64,000 bases of DNA. Source: Blasia pusilla (lineage: Eukaryota). The notes under the pieces are model-generated. The model saw nothing but the letters and a program-made list of their open reading frames with translations, was not told the DNA's origin and made no database searches. The DNA is taken from the NCBI GenBank assembly GCA_050084515.1, contig CM114271.1, positions 48,174,001 through 48,238,000 of the forward strand, written 5' to 3'. Made by a program: the position numbers and the translations under genes. Shown piece by piece: positions 26,068-38,807 of the stretch. Within the stretch, counting starts at the first letter, position 1. Each line of letters opens with the position of its first letter.

Positions 26068-28937
26068 TCACTCGTCATCGTCCGAGAGCTCTTGCAAAAT
26101 CACTTTTGGCCTTGCCCTCCCGATTTTGGGAATCGTTGGAAGTGACGATGGAGTCACTACCAAGGGTGGCTCTGGAACCGGAGCTCTCGGCTTCGGTGGA
26201 GAGTTGTACGCCCCAACCAGCCTTTCGTATTCTGCCTTTGCCTCCTTGCAAAGGTCAAACAGTTCCTGCCTTCCCTCGAGGAAGAGAATGTTCCTGCCAC
26301 TCTGCCAGACGCCTTTGATACTTGCCCCTAAAAGTCCCACTAAGTCGAACACCAAGTCACCCGGCCTTGAGCAGAGCTTGATGAGCGTTTGCATCAGGGC
26401 TAGCGACTTTTCCCTTCCTCCCAGAAGTGGGGTACTGTCTTGCATGTAAATTCCCGGGGGGGAATTATACAAACTATCTAAGCTATACCCATCTGAGCAT
26501 GGATCCACAGGATCCTGGATCTTGAACACCTGGAAATTGTGCTCGGGCCGAACGAAGACGTAGGAGTGGTCCATCTGTAAATCAACACGTTGGAAACAAT
26601 GTGAGAAACTAAAGAAGTCGCCTTGAGAACATTTTCAATAATTGACTTTGGATCAACCTGTCCGAGTCCGACGGGTTGTTTTGTCCCGGACCAGCCCGTC
26701 GCCTTCTGACGGGTTGGTCAGGGAGAAAACAACCCGTCAGGCTCCGTTGTTTTTGTCCGTGAGCAACCTGTCGGAAGGCGACGGGTTGCTGGCCTAGAGC
26801 AGCCCATGCTTGCCTGAGAGCAATCCGTCGCTATCAGACGGGTTGCATCCAAAAACCAAAATCAACTGGGAAAACCCAAAAGAAACTGCAACCCGTCGAT
26901 TTCCGACGGGTTGCAGGTACACCGCGGTTTTCCCTGTATGTGGGAAAGATGCAACCCGTCGGAAATCGACGGGTTGCTCTTAGCCGAGCATGGGCTCTAA
27001 GCCAGCAACCCGTCGCCTTCCGACGGGTTGCTCACGGACAAAAACAACCCAGATTGACTCTCATTATACACATCATTAAAATATAATTGAAATTATAGTA
27101 CAGGAATTGAGCCTTACCCGAATCTGACTCGTTGCGGATCGGAGTGGGTACTCGTTTTTGATGATCCACGATTGTGCCGTCCTCCACTTTAGCGACCTCT
27201 TGACGCACTGGAGGTTGAAGAGCTTTTCCTCACTCCCTCCAGTCAACACCAAGAAGCAGCCCTTGTCACTCAGATAGGCATCTGCAAAGGAGAACAAAAG
27301 TGCAATCTGGTCATAAGTGAGCGGCACATTCCACTCAGGTACCTCGTCCGATGGATTCTCGCCCCAAAGTCGCAACCCCGAGGGCAGATCGGCGATCAAG
27401 AGATCCACCGCAACCTCTTGGACCACTCCATTCACCGTCCGGGCAGCGTGCCCGTTTCGTTGGAGCTTCCGTCCCAGCGTTGTCAATTTTTCGATGGTTG
27501 GTGTTGACGCTTGAGAACTGAAGCTCTTCAGCTCATCCAGTAAAGGAGTGAACTGAAGGAGGACGCTTGTCCGGGTTGTTGTTTGTTTGTGTCTTCCCAA
27601 GGATGATGGGCTGTATTCTCCTTGGGACAACCCAGGCACCTCTCGCTTCCGCTTCTCCCTGGCCTGGGGACGGCTTGTCGGGGTTTCTATGACCTCAGAT
27701 TCTGGTGGAGTTTTTTTCGCCGAGGATCTGGTTCGACCCTCTCTCCCCGCTCGTCCGGACGATTCCGCCTCTGGCCTTGAATCTTCAGCCTCTCTTTGGG
27801 AAGACTCGGCCTCTGAATTTTTCCCTCCCCTCGCCTTGCCTTTGAGACCCGCTGTGGATTTGTCTTTGGATGTGCGGACCTTGGAAGCTAACTCAACTGT
27901 CTCGTGGGCCTGCTCTTCTGCATCTCCTCCGAAGAAGTCTTCAGGCTGGACGAAATTGGGGATGTCGTCTTGTCCTGAGGCCACTGCATCATGAAGTAGG
28001 TACCTCGTCTAGTGTAATGCTGTCGAACAGAATCAGCCGTCTGCTCCTGTAGATCTCGCTTCTTCTTCGCTTGATCCCGTTTGTTCCCCTCTACTTCTTC
28101 ATCAAGCTCTGCCTGAGGGAGGACGCAAACCTTGAACATGGTCTTGAATCCTGGGTTTTTGGTTGGCTTGTCCTGGATGTCGTCGAGCCAAACCTCGAAA
28201 TCTCCAAACTTTCAAGGTTTGCTTCCGGCGGAATGGGCTCTAATCTTCTGAGCTCCGCTTGCAGACCGTCCAGCACGGACTTCCCAATTACCCGCAACGC
28301 GTCCCAGAACGACAATTCGCGTAGCCAATGCGAGATCACTGGATCGGACACACCCGGAGGATGGTGTGCCGCCCTCTTCTGGGCCTCTGAGCCCTCGTGA
28401 CTGATTTTCATCAGTCGTATCCTCCTAAACTTGCTTATCCCGGACAACGCAAACCGATGCACGCTATCCACCGACACTTTCTCCCCAATCCGACCATGCG
28501 GATCTTCATCCCTCTTCCGCTGGCGCTTGATAATCACCTTCAGCTCCTTGTAGAACTGCGGACCAAGTTCGGGATTGAGAATGTTGATGTATCGCTGCAT
28601 CTTGCTCGCCGTGTATTTCGTTGCAGCAGATACTGCAGCTTGGATGAATTTGGCGCGCTCAAACGCAGATACCTTCTCCCTCCGCTCCAGCTCCAATGCA
28701 TCGCTTTTCTTTGCGGCATGTATCTTCGACCAGCAAAGGATGGTTACGGCTGCATCTTGAGAAATAAACTTGTTTGCCCAAGTTTTCTTCTTAATCTGAG
28801 CACCCTTTGCAAGCATCTGATTGACAAGGGCATCGCCCAAGAACCCCTTGTACTCTCCCGGGTGCGTTGTAAGCACCTTCCTCACCCGATCGCAGTCCTG
28901 GATCCAGTGGTGGGTGACATTCCCCTCCGATACAATC
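26068..28937 (-). pseudogene. Exons 3-4 of the ParB-MTase gene; best-preserved methyltransferase domain
   Basis: VDLLIADLPSG...LLFSFADAYLSDKGCFLVL...SWIIKN...SQIR | intron 27117-26575 (phase 0) | MDHSYVFVRP...GGREKSLALMQTLIKLCSRPGDLVFDLVGLLGASIKGVWQSGRNILFLE. Confidence 0.82.
26746..27050. repeat. ~300-bp fold-back built from nested palindromes in intron 3
   Basis: TTGTTTTTGTCCGTGAGCAAC... at the left arm and ...GTTGCTCACGGACAAAAACAA at the right arm; central CAACCCGTCG/CGACGGGTTG palindrome at ~26890-26913. Confidence 0.8.
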
Positions 28938-30799
28938 CTGCACATCCAAACTCAACCCGTCAGGAAATTACATGGGTTCCTGCAACCCGTCGGACTCCGA
29001 CGGGTCGTCACAGCTGAAGGTCGGATTCTAGCAACGAGCTAAATGATGCAACCCGTTGGAGTCCAACAGATTGCATTCAGATTTGCTAATGCCTAGTAAG
29101 CAAACATCCTTCCTATTCCATTGCCACTCAAGACATCTTTCGTGGCGATGATCTCCATTTTTGCCTCCCGAGCTGATGCAATTCGCTTTGCTCTCTCCAC
29201 CGTTGGCCTACACATTCTGTTTCTCTTCACTCCATTTCTAGACTCAAACAGAAATAGTGGATTGAGATCATCCACCTTCTCCGGGTGCATGTTGACATCA
29301 ATCTTGGGTTGAATACGAAATGCAAAGGACTCTGTAATGCGAACATGCTCCAAACTTCCCCCGTCTACGAGTCTAAAACCGGAACTTGTAAGATTGTCCA
29401 CTTCGTCTTGAGTGCAGTTCGTACCTACGGCGATGGGCCAAATCGTGGGGGTATTCCCCGGAGCTCCAATGGCAGCCGGATAAGACTTCCGGAAAGTGCA
29501 AGATTCATTTGGGCAGAGGAAGTACTTCAATTGATCCCCGGTTCTCGTGAAATGATGAAAGGTTTTGAGTCCCCAAAACCCAGGCAGTGGTTTAGGGTCC
29601 TTGTATAGTTCTTATTTAGGAAAGTGCCGCAAGCTCTCCTAATGCCATCAGATCCTGCCCTACAGGTGGGTCCAGCACCCAGGAAACACCTATTGCAACT
29701 CGTCCGATTCTGACGGATTGCAAGAACCTTTGGCCACTCCGGGCTGGAAGATCCAAGTGCAAGTCATCCGAAACCCATCCGGGTCGAACTATTTACAGGC
29801 CTTGTATACATGCCACTTGCATACTTGCATATGGGTTGCACCAAAATTCTGGATGCAACCCGTCGGATTCCGACGACTTGCACACTCGGGCAACCCGTCG
29901 CATCCAACAGCTTGCTTGGTTTCTTCGGTTTGAAATCCCTATAGTTCCCACGCTTCTCAACTTGAGCTGCAACTTAACAAACAATTCTCAGCGTGAGCTT
30001 GACAAGACAAAATTGTGAACTCACCTGCCGCATGAAGTTTCCCCATTGTCTCATACGTAGAGTCCACCAACTAATCCAAGAGCACAACTCTTTGTACTTC
30101 CCCTCAATCGCATGCTTCCTCCACCACACATGAAGTTCTTCTTGGCATTGCATGGCCTGTTTCAAGGTTATGCTGTCCTTGCAGCGTTGGAGTAGAGTGA
30201 AATGCTCTGTCCTCTTATTCTCCTTGATGCAAGATTTGGTGTACCGGGTCATAGATTGTTGCCAATGGAAAGCATCCGACCTTTCCCTCTCCGGTTGAAC
30301 CTCTCCACCCCAGAACACTTCGCAAATAGCAATCCACCCAGATTGTGCATTGTCCACCATGAACCCATAAATTTCCGGAGGTGGCCTTTTATTTTCCTTC
30401 ACCACCTCCAATAAGAGTAACCAACACATCTTCAAACTTCCAACGTCTTCTGCTTTTACTTCACAGACAAATATAGTTTTGAGTCCCTTCTCCACATGGT
30501 CATAAACGTGAGCACCCATCGTCAACCATCCGTTCAGCACTCTGTAGCAAATATCAAAGCTTACCTAGCTGCCGTAAAGATCTTCCCCTTCCCTCATGCG
30601 ATCTATAAGATCGAGGCCACTCGACGGACCTGTGGTTGACATTTTGAAGACATAGGCCCTGGATCCCTCGCCTCCTTGGCCCATGAACTTCCATCTCTGA
30701 ATGAATGGAAATCTGGAGTTGGCCTTGATTGTGGTAATGGCATCCATTTTGGCCGTCTTTCCATCCATAACCCGTATTTGACGCAGAAAATTCCTCAGT

Positions 30800-33700
30800 G
30801 GATCTGTCGGACACTGGGTCCTCTGTCCGCCTACTCGTTCCTCTTGCGAGTATCAGGCAATAGTTTGCTTTCGTCTCTGCCCTTGAAAATGTTCAAGCAC
30901 ATTCTTGTCGACAAGTTGCCACCCACGTACGATGGTAATTGCATTTTTGAGTTGCCTCCACTTGCTGTTCCTGCTCAAAAGAAGGATGGAGGATGCCTGA
31001 AGGGTATGGACAAAAAGTCTGATTGTCATCGATGGTGCAGGCTTCAACGGACCAGTGCTTCAATTCCAGATGGTCCTTGGATTGTCTCCCGCCGCCAATG
31101 CGTGGGAGCCTTGGAGTGTAGAAGTCCAGCATGCCTGTATCTAGAGCGCAACGGGCGAGTCAATACGTCGCAATTCCCTCCCAAGCATGCAAAAACTCCA
31201 TACGAGGTCGGTGCCACCATACTGCCAGGAGGCCATCGATGTCCTCATTGTCAGGCATCGCCCTTCTGCGTTGGAGCGTGTCCTGCATACATATTTTTCA
31301 TTGTCCACAACTTGGGCTCCACGTCAGAGTATACAAGGCTGGCTGTCCATGTTGGCTCCCACACTCATCCTGTGACCGATGCAATTCAAAGACACATCAA
31401 GGAGGATGTGGCGAAGAAAGTAGCCGAGGTCTATAGAAACTCTCCGGGTTCAAAGCCCGAAATGATCAAGCTCACAACGGCATCACAAATTTGTGAACAA
31501 TTGCTTGGAATCCCTGGACAGGGCGAGATCACGGCGGTTGAGGAGAAACAACTCTGGGAAAATCTCGCATTTCTGGCTGATCCTGAATGCTTCCGGAATT
31601 TGCTACGTCAGATACAAGTTCTGGATGGAAAGACGGCCGAAATGGATGCCATCGCCAAAATCAAGGCCAACTCCAGATTTCCATTCATTCAGAGATGGCA
31701 GTTCATGGGCCAAGGAGGCGAGGGATCTAGGGCCTATGTCTTCAAAATGTCAACCACAGGTCCGTCGAGTGGCCTCGATCTTATAGATCGCATGAGGGAA
31801 GGGGAAGATCTTTACAGGAGCTGGGTAAGCTTTGATATTTGCTACAGAGTGCTGAACGGATGGTTGACGATGGGTGCTCACGTTTATGACCATGTGGAGA
31901 AGGGACTCAAAAATATATTTGTCTGTGAAGTAAAGGCAGAAGACGTTGGAAGTTTGAAGATGTGCTGGTTACTCTTATTGGAGGTGGTGAAGGAAAATAA
32001 AAGGCCACCTCCGGAAATTTATGGGTTCATGGCGGACAATGCACAACCTGGGTGGATTGCTATCTGGGAAGTGTTCTGGGGTGGAGAGGTTCAACCGGAG
32101 AGGGAAAGGTCGGATGCTTTCCATTGGCAACAATCTGTGACCCGGTACACCAAATCTTGCATCAAGGAGAATAAGAGGACAGAGCATGTCACTCTACTCC
32201 AACGCTGCAAGGACAGCAAAACCTTGAAGCAGGCCATGGAATACCAGGAAGAACTTCATGGGTGGTGGAGGAAGCATGCGATTGAGGGGAAGTACAAAGA
32301 GTTGTGCTCTTGGTTGAGTTGGTGGACTGTACATATGAGACAATGGGGAAACTTCATGCGGCAGGTGAGTTCACAATTTTGTCTTGTCAAGCTCACGTTG
32401 ACAATTGTTTGTAAAGTTGTAGCTCAGGGTGAGAAGCGTGGGAACTATATGGATTTCAAACCCAAGAAACCAAGCAAGTTGTCGGATGCGACGGATTGCC
32501 CGAGGGTGCAACCCGACGGAAACCGACGGGTTGCATCCAGATTTTTGGTGCAACCCAAGTGTGCAACCCGAGTGTGCAACCCGTCGGGACCCGACGGGTC
32601 ACAGAGTCATTCATGGGATGCCTCGGCCTTGCAACCCGTCGGGTTCGGCGGGTTGCGTGGAAAGGGGGTTTAAGGTTACAACACCGGGACCTGGACGGGT
32701 CGCAGAGTCGCGTTCATGGGATGCCTCGGGCCTGGCAACCCGCCTGGTTTTGTGGTCACTTATTTCTTTGACTCTGAGTTATTTTCGTTCCCTTCTAACA
32801 TTGCCGTCGTTGCAGGGATTGAACGTTCATGAAAATGCCCTCTGCCCCAACACAAGTGGAGCAGAAAGTGTTCATTCCTCCTGGACGTCGTCACAAGCAT
32901 GCCAATGAATTTCACTTGTGGAGGCATGCCAACAAGACCAAGCAAGAGCAATGCTACAGTCTGCATCATCCCATATCTTCCTCACAAAAGGCATAACAAA
33001 AGGAAAGGGGCCGTCAATCTACGAGCTCTATGTCAGGGCGGCTGTGAGATGTGGTGATGAAAAAATGTATGTGGAAGCCTTCAACCGGTGCGTAGTTGGA
33101 ACTCCACTCGAGCAAGACGTACACATTGGTGGGGATATTCATGGGCGGGTTTCAAGACGTCCCATACAGATGGTGGTAGAGCAGTCCGAGCGAGACTCGT
33201 GGAGACCGGATAAGTATCTTGACTTCAGGCAGGTGAAGAGGTAGCATCGAGGAACGACTCCGGTGATTGATTTGGATGAGGAAATTACACCGCCCAGGTA
33301 TTCGGGGCCCCGGACCCGTCCTAAATCTGTGATGGAGTTACTTCTCCAAAATCAGTGAATGTTTTATTTCAAAAGCCCTCCGTTGCTGGAAGTTCGCAAC
33401 ATCCTGTCACTGGGGTGGTTCAACAATATGGGATTCGGTAATGGAGGTGGATTGCAACCTAAAACGGTGGCATATATCTTAGAGCAACCCAGGGCGTGGA
33501 CCCCTGCAGGCGGATCTCGATGGCATTAGGAGAGCATGCGGCACTTTCCTAAATAAGAACTGTACAAGGACTGGACGACCACTGCCTGGGTTTTGGGGAC
33601 TCAAAACTTTTGATTGTTTCACGAGGACCGGGGATCAATTGAAGTACTTCTTTTGCCCAAATGAATGTTGCGCTTTCCGGAAGTCTTATCCGGCTGCCAT

Positions 33701-34312
33701 TGGAGCTCCCGGGAATACCCCCACGATTTGGCCCATCGCCGTAGGTACGAACTGCACTCAAGACGAAGTGGACAATCTTACAAGTGCCGGTTTCAGACTC
33801 GTAGATGGGGGAAGTTCGGAGCATGTTCACATTACAGAGACCTTCGCATTTCGTATTCAACCCAAGATTGATGTCAACATGTACCCGGAGAAGGTGGATG
33901 ATCTCAATCCATTATTTCTGTTTGAGTCTAGAAATGGGTTGAAGAGAAACAGAATGTGCAGGCCAACGGTGGAGAGAGCAAAGCGAATTGCAGCAGCTCG
34001 GAAGGCAAAAATGGAGATCATCGCCACGAAAGATGTCTTAAGTGGCAATGGAATAGGAAGGATGTATTGGGTCAAGAACAACACTGTAAATTCAAGTGTC
34101 ACAAGGGTGTATGTGGTGCACATCTGTTGCTTTCCCACATGTTCATGTGATGATTTTGTCCAAAGAGAGACAAGTGGCAAAAGGTATTTCCCTTGTAAGC
34201 ACATGTACTATGTGTTGCTGGTAGTTTTAAGAGAGTCGGAGGTAGGAGTAGGAATCCACCAACCAATTCTGTCCCTCAAAGAAGTTTGAAGTATTTTAAA
34301 CAAACCACTTTG
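30800..34312 (+). pseudogene. MULE transposase (longest open segment; DD and E motifs, SWIM)
   Basis: ORF 30676-32673 carries Zn finger, SFDICY, FMADNA, DAFHW; donor after GNFMRQ (GTGAGT ~32364), acceptor TTGCAG ~32815; TSGAESVHSSW; SWIM in 33639-34289; stops in exon 2. Confidence 0.88.
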
Positions 34313-34706
34313 AGGATGCAAAGGAGGTTTTAGATTGTACTTTTATTTTTTTCTCAACCTTCACTTCGAGCTTGAACTCTATTCTTAGGGCAAATGACAT
34401 GATTATTTCGAGACCTTGGATGGAAAAAGTGATTGGTTCCACACTTATGATTCCATTGATTTTTTAGTTTTCTAAATTTTGTGCAATTTGCAACTCGTCG
34501 GACTCAAAGGGGTTGCCAAAATATGGAAGAGGAAAAAAAAACTGTGGGATTGCTTAATATATGAACAAAAAAGTGCAAAAAATTTCAAATTTTTTTTTCC
34601 TCTCTTCAACCCAACAGAAACTCTCTTCAAAAAAGAGTATCTATTTTGGTTGACCCTAGTTTCCTCTCTCCTCTCTTCCTCTCTTCCTCTCCTCTTACCG
34701 CACCTC

Positions 34707-36868
34707 TTTACAGATGGACCACTCCTATGTTTACTACTTCGTTCGGCCCGAGCAAAACTTCCAGGTGTTTAAGATCCTAGATCCTGGATCCTATGGATCC
34801 ATGCTCCAATGTGTACAGCTTAGATAGTTTATACAATTTCCCCCCCGGGAATTTTCATGCAAGACGTTACCCCACTACTTGGAGGAAGGGAAAAGTCGCC
34901 AGCCCTGATGCAAACGCTCAACGAGCTCTACTCAAGGCCGGGTGACTTGCTGTTTGACTTAGTGGGCCTTTCAGGGGCGAGTATGAGAGGCGCCTGGCAG
35001 AGTGGCAGGAACATTCTCTGCCTTGAGGGAAGGCAGCAACTGTTTGACCTTTGCAAGGAGGCAAAGGCAAATTAAGACAGGCTAGTTGGGGCGTACAACT
35101 CTCCTCCAAAGCCAAGAGATCCAGTTCCAGACCCACCATTGGTAGTGACACCATCGTCACTTCCCACAATTTTGAAAATCGGGAGGGCAAGGTCGACAGT
35201 AATTTTGCAAGAGCTCTCAGACGATGACGAGTGAGTTCAAAGAACTCGAGGACCCAGCCTGACTGCAGCGTTTGGAGTAGGGATTTATTTGATGAGGAGG
35301 GCAAAAGAATTCATAGAATAGATGAAATGTACAGTTCCGAGCTTCTTTCGGATGTAATAAAGGACAAGATTTTTTCGAACGATGGTGGTGTTTCTAAAAG
35401 TTTGTTGAATATCTTTTATGTCTTTTTGAATGTGATTGTCTATGTACTCTGAGGACTTCTATTTTGCAACCCGTTGGATTTCCATGGCTTGACCACTGCA
35501 CCTTTTTAACCACTTCCAGGCAACCTGTCGGATTCCGACAGGTTGGCTGCGTGAGTGATCGGACTCTTTCCCTGTTGGTCCAACTTAAGATGCATTATGG
35601 CGGGCTTCTTCACTTTGGCACCTTTCCCTAGTATCGTCAAACAAGGGGTAGGCTTCTTCTCATCTCTCAGTCGTGTTGGATTCCTACTACCTGTGGGATT
35701 GCCATCATGGTATTTCCAAGGACGAAGCACATATTGATACTGGATGGATGTCACATTGCAGAGCGTACAAGATATACTGCCGAGGAAGGCGGTGGGACTC
35801 AAATCAGGTTACATGGGACCGTTATGGTATACCTAGGGGGGCAAGGCTCTCGAATTTGCCAACATTTTCGATCCCCGTCTACAATCGGCCAGAGGAGCCA
35901 CTTGTATCCCAGGACATTCCTTTTGTACAGGAAACTAGGAGAGTTAGGAGTAGATTTGTAGATGACGAGGCTGAAGAAATCATAGACTAGATCAAATGTA
36001 CATTTCCGAGGTTCCTTCGGAGGTAATAAAGGACGAGATTTTTTCAACCGATAATGGTGTTTGTAAAAGTTTACTGAAATTTTTTTTTGGACTTGTGGAT
36101 TGTGTTCGTCTAGCTACTAAGAATTTTTATTTTGCAACCCGTGTGATTCCGACAGTTTGCAACTTTTCACTTTTTAACCACTGCAACTTTCCAACCATTT
36201 CCAGGCAAGCTGTCGGATTCTGACAGGTTGGCTGCTTGAGTGGTCGGACTCTTTCCCTGGTAGACCAAAAGTGAAGGGGGCTAATTCTGAAGGGTTGCAA
36301 GAGTTGGAACCTGTAAAATTTCGACGGGTTGGGAGGGGTGCAGCATCTCGGTTGATCAGATTTAGGATCTGAATGAAGGGACATCAGTTTCTCTTTACTT
36401 TAGACAACTAACAATCTTTTGGTTTAATTATCGTCTCCTGTGTTCACATTTCACAAAGTTGGTCTTTATTTGAACCTTTCATTGAGATGAGATTGCTACT
36501 TCTGGTCACATTATTTGCCAATGGTCCTCCAAAAAAAATAGCCCTAGGCACAGCTTATTGTAGACTAAGACAGGCAATGTGAAAAAACTTAGGCTCTCAT
36601 GGAGAGTGATGGAAAAATGTTTGTAGTGGTCTTATGATGTCTACTTGTTTCTCGCCACCTGAAAAAAAGAGGTTTCTTAAGGCCCGAATGTAGACCACTA
36701 CCTACTCTCTTCTAAAAATTTCATGAATTTGAAAGCAAACAAAAATTTCAAATATGTCAAAAGTTTTGAATATAGGAGGCGGATTTGGCCCTTTTTTTTG
36801 AAGAGAGACTCTCCTCTCTTCCTCTCTTCCTCTCCTCTCTTCCTCTCTCCTGCCAGAATACCAGCCCC
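34707..36868 (+). mobile_element. Copy C left arm (reverse): MTase last exon, left-arm repeats, left terminus
   Basis: TTACAG|ATGGACCAC acceptor at ~34712; GGREKSPALMQTL...DLVGLSG in 34857-35075; ends ...CCAGAATACCAGCCCC at 36868. Confidence 0.82.
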
Positions 36869-36960
36869 CATGAAACTTGAGGTGTTAGTGTACTTTGCAG
36901 TGCCAGAATGTTCACTATAATATGCAACTCTAATCGGCTAGGGACAAATGATGAATCTTT

Positions 36961-37276
36961 TTTAGACCTTGGATGGACAAAGAGATTTGTTCAACAAGTT
37001 TGGTTCCAATGATTTTTCAGTTTGTCTACTTCTGTGCAAGTTACAATCCGTCGGATTCAGACGGGTTGCCAAAATGGGAAAGAGGAAAAACCAATTTGAG
37101 GAAGTGACTAAGCACAAATTACCAAATTGAAAAATATGTTCACAAAAAAAACTTCCTCTCTTCAACCCAACGGAAACTTTCTTCAACTCAGAGGAAACTC
37201 TCTTAAAAAATAAAGTATCTCTTTGGGTTGAAGGAAGTTTCCTCTCTCCTCTCTTCCTCTCCTTTTACTATGCCTT
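36961..37276. mobile_element. Isolated, degenerate right-end fragment of the MULE-like element (copy E)
   Basis: Similar to 34410-34706; includes one palindrome (~37043-37070) and GTTTCCTCTCTCCTCTCTTCC. Confidence 0.75.
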
Positions 37277-37279
37277 ACA

Positions 37280-38630
37280 AAGCTAGATGGTTTAGAGGGG
37301 ACACATGTGTTGCAAGTTTGGGAGCATGGTAGAGTACGTGTAGTGCCTCATCCTTCATAGAAAGCACATTCGGTGCGTCATGCCCACAAGGAGTTGGGTC
37401 ATTGTGGGGTGAAGCGGATGTACAACCTACTCCACATACAATATTGGTGGGGAGGCATGTAGGTTGACGTTCAACAATTTGTTGCTAGGTGCATGGCGTA
37501 TGATTGGATCCGGACATCATTCAATGCTCCGACTCCATAGTTGCATCCACTTATGATCATGGTTTGAGGCTTTAAATGGAGTTTGGATTTTGTAGGAACT
37601 TTATCTTTGACGGAGCGCCATAGTCATTATGTATTGGTGATGGTCGAGCACTTCTCGAAGTGGATAGAGTTGGTTGCATTACCTGACAAAGCAAGTGAGG
37701 GAGTAGCATATTCTCTCCTAGATCGAGTGCTCAGTCATAACAACGCACCAACTGAGGTGTTGACAGACCAAGGTACAGAGCTTCGCGGGGAGTTTGAGAC
37801 CTTGTGTGATCAAACACTGATCAACCACCACATCACTTCGCGAGATCATCCTGAGGCGGATAGAGTAGCGGAGAGGGTTGTGCAAAGGGTGAAGAGAGGA
37901 TTATGCAAGTATGGCTTGCAGAGAGGTCACCTAGGAGATTGGGACCTACAGTTTCCGTGGTTGGCGATGGGATACAGATTCAGCAGGCAGACCTTCTTAG
38001 CTTCTTTCTTACCGTACTTGTTGCTTTATGGTCGAGAGTCGGGTTTACCTATGGCCATTCATCAAGATGTTGGTGAGATGTTGAACCTTGATGACCCTGA
38101 TGTATGGATGTGAGCATGTTCTCAGAGGGCTGAGTTATTTCGGAGAGTGATGCCTATAGCGTTTGAGAAATTGGCAATTGCATAACATCAGGATACGTTG
38201 AGGTATGCAACTATTCAGGGAGGTAGTTATTGACCTACTATCCAGAGGTCTCATCTGGGAGACTATGTCTACTTGTAGCAGATTGCACCCACGACATTGG
38301 ATGTGATTTTAGGGCGCACTATCTTGAGAGTGCGTGAGATTTTGCCATTTGGTATTCTCTTATTGGAGGAACACGATGGTGTGGCTTAGAAGGACCATGT
38401 GCGTAACTGTGCGCCATGTCATCTTCCTAATATTGATGGTACACTTGATCCAAGCTTAGCAGTAGTTTCTGTAGGCTTGCGATGAATGTTGTGTGGTTGT
38501 GCCCGTGCTGCAGCCACTATGCTAGTCTATGATGGGTTTTCGAGAGGGTATGACATATGGCATGTCTAACGCCACCTCTCACTAGGGTTCCTCGGGAACA
38601 ATGGATGTGTTCCAGATGTACATAGAGTAG
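37280..38630 (+). mobile_element. Ty3/Gypsy pol remnant: integrase (HHCC + DDE) followed by a decayed PHD finger
   Basis: HAHKELGHCGVKR...YWWGGM; WSLDFVG...VEHFSKW...VLTDQGTE...AERVVQRVKRGL; downstream LCGCARAAATMLV...WMCSRC; several stops. Confidence 0.85.
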
Positions 38631-38807
38631 GTAGTTTTAGATTTCAAGTTTTGTATATGATATGGAAGACAAGAAGGAAACTAACGATGGGGCCACATGA
38701 GCACCCGAACTTTTTGCTCTTAGCGTCCGAGAGATGTATGTCATGGTAGGTAGGGATAGATGGCTATTTGGAGTTAGAGGGACCTAACCATCATCCGTGG
38801 GGGCAAT

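Larger units (their letters stand above)
24243..34706. mobile_element. Copy D: left terminus to right terminus, with internal deletion and inverted transposase segments
   Basis: GGGGCAGGTATTCTGACAGG at 24243; MTase exons 26068-26574 and 27118-28937 (-); inverted transposase pieces ~29094-30790; transposase (+) ~30800-34312; ...TTACCGCACCTC at 34706. Confidence 0.85.

Noticed and set aside
30676-32673. 665-aa ORF as an intact autonomous transposase
   Set aside because: N-terminus is chimeric across an inversion junction (~30795), the C-terminal ~100 aa are intron read-through, and exon 2 has stops
24230-34720. Target-site duplication for copy D, and for copy C (22622/36868)
   Set aside because: Flanks do not match (GAGTTCCTGC vs TTTACAGATG; GAGGCAACC vs CATGAAACT)
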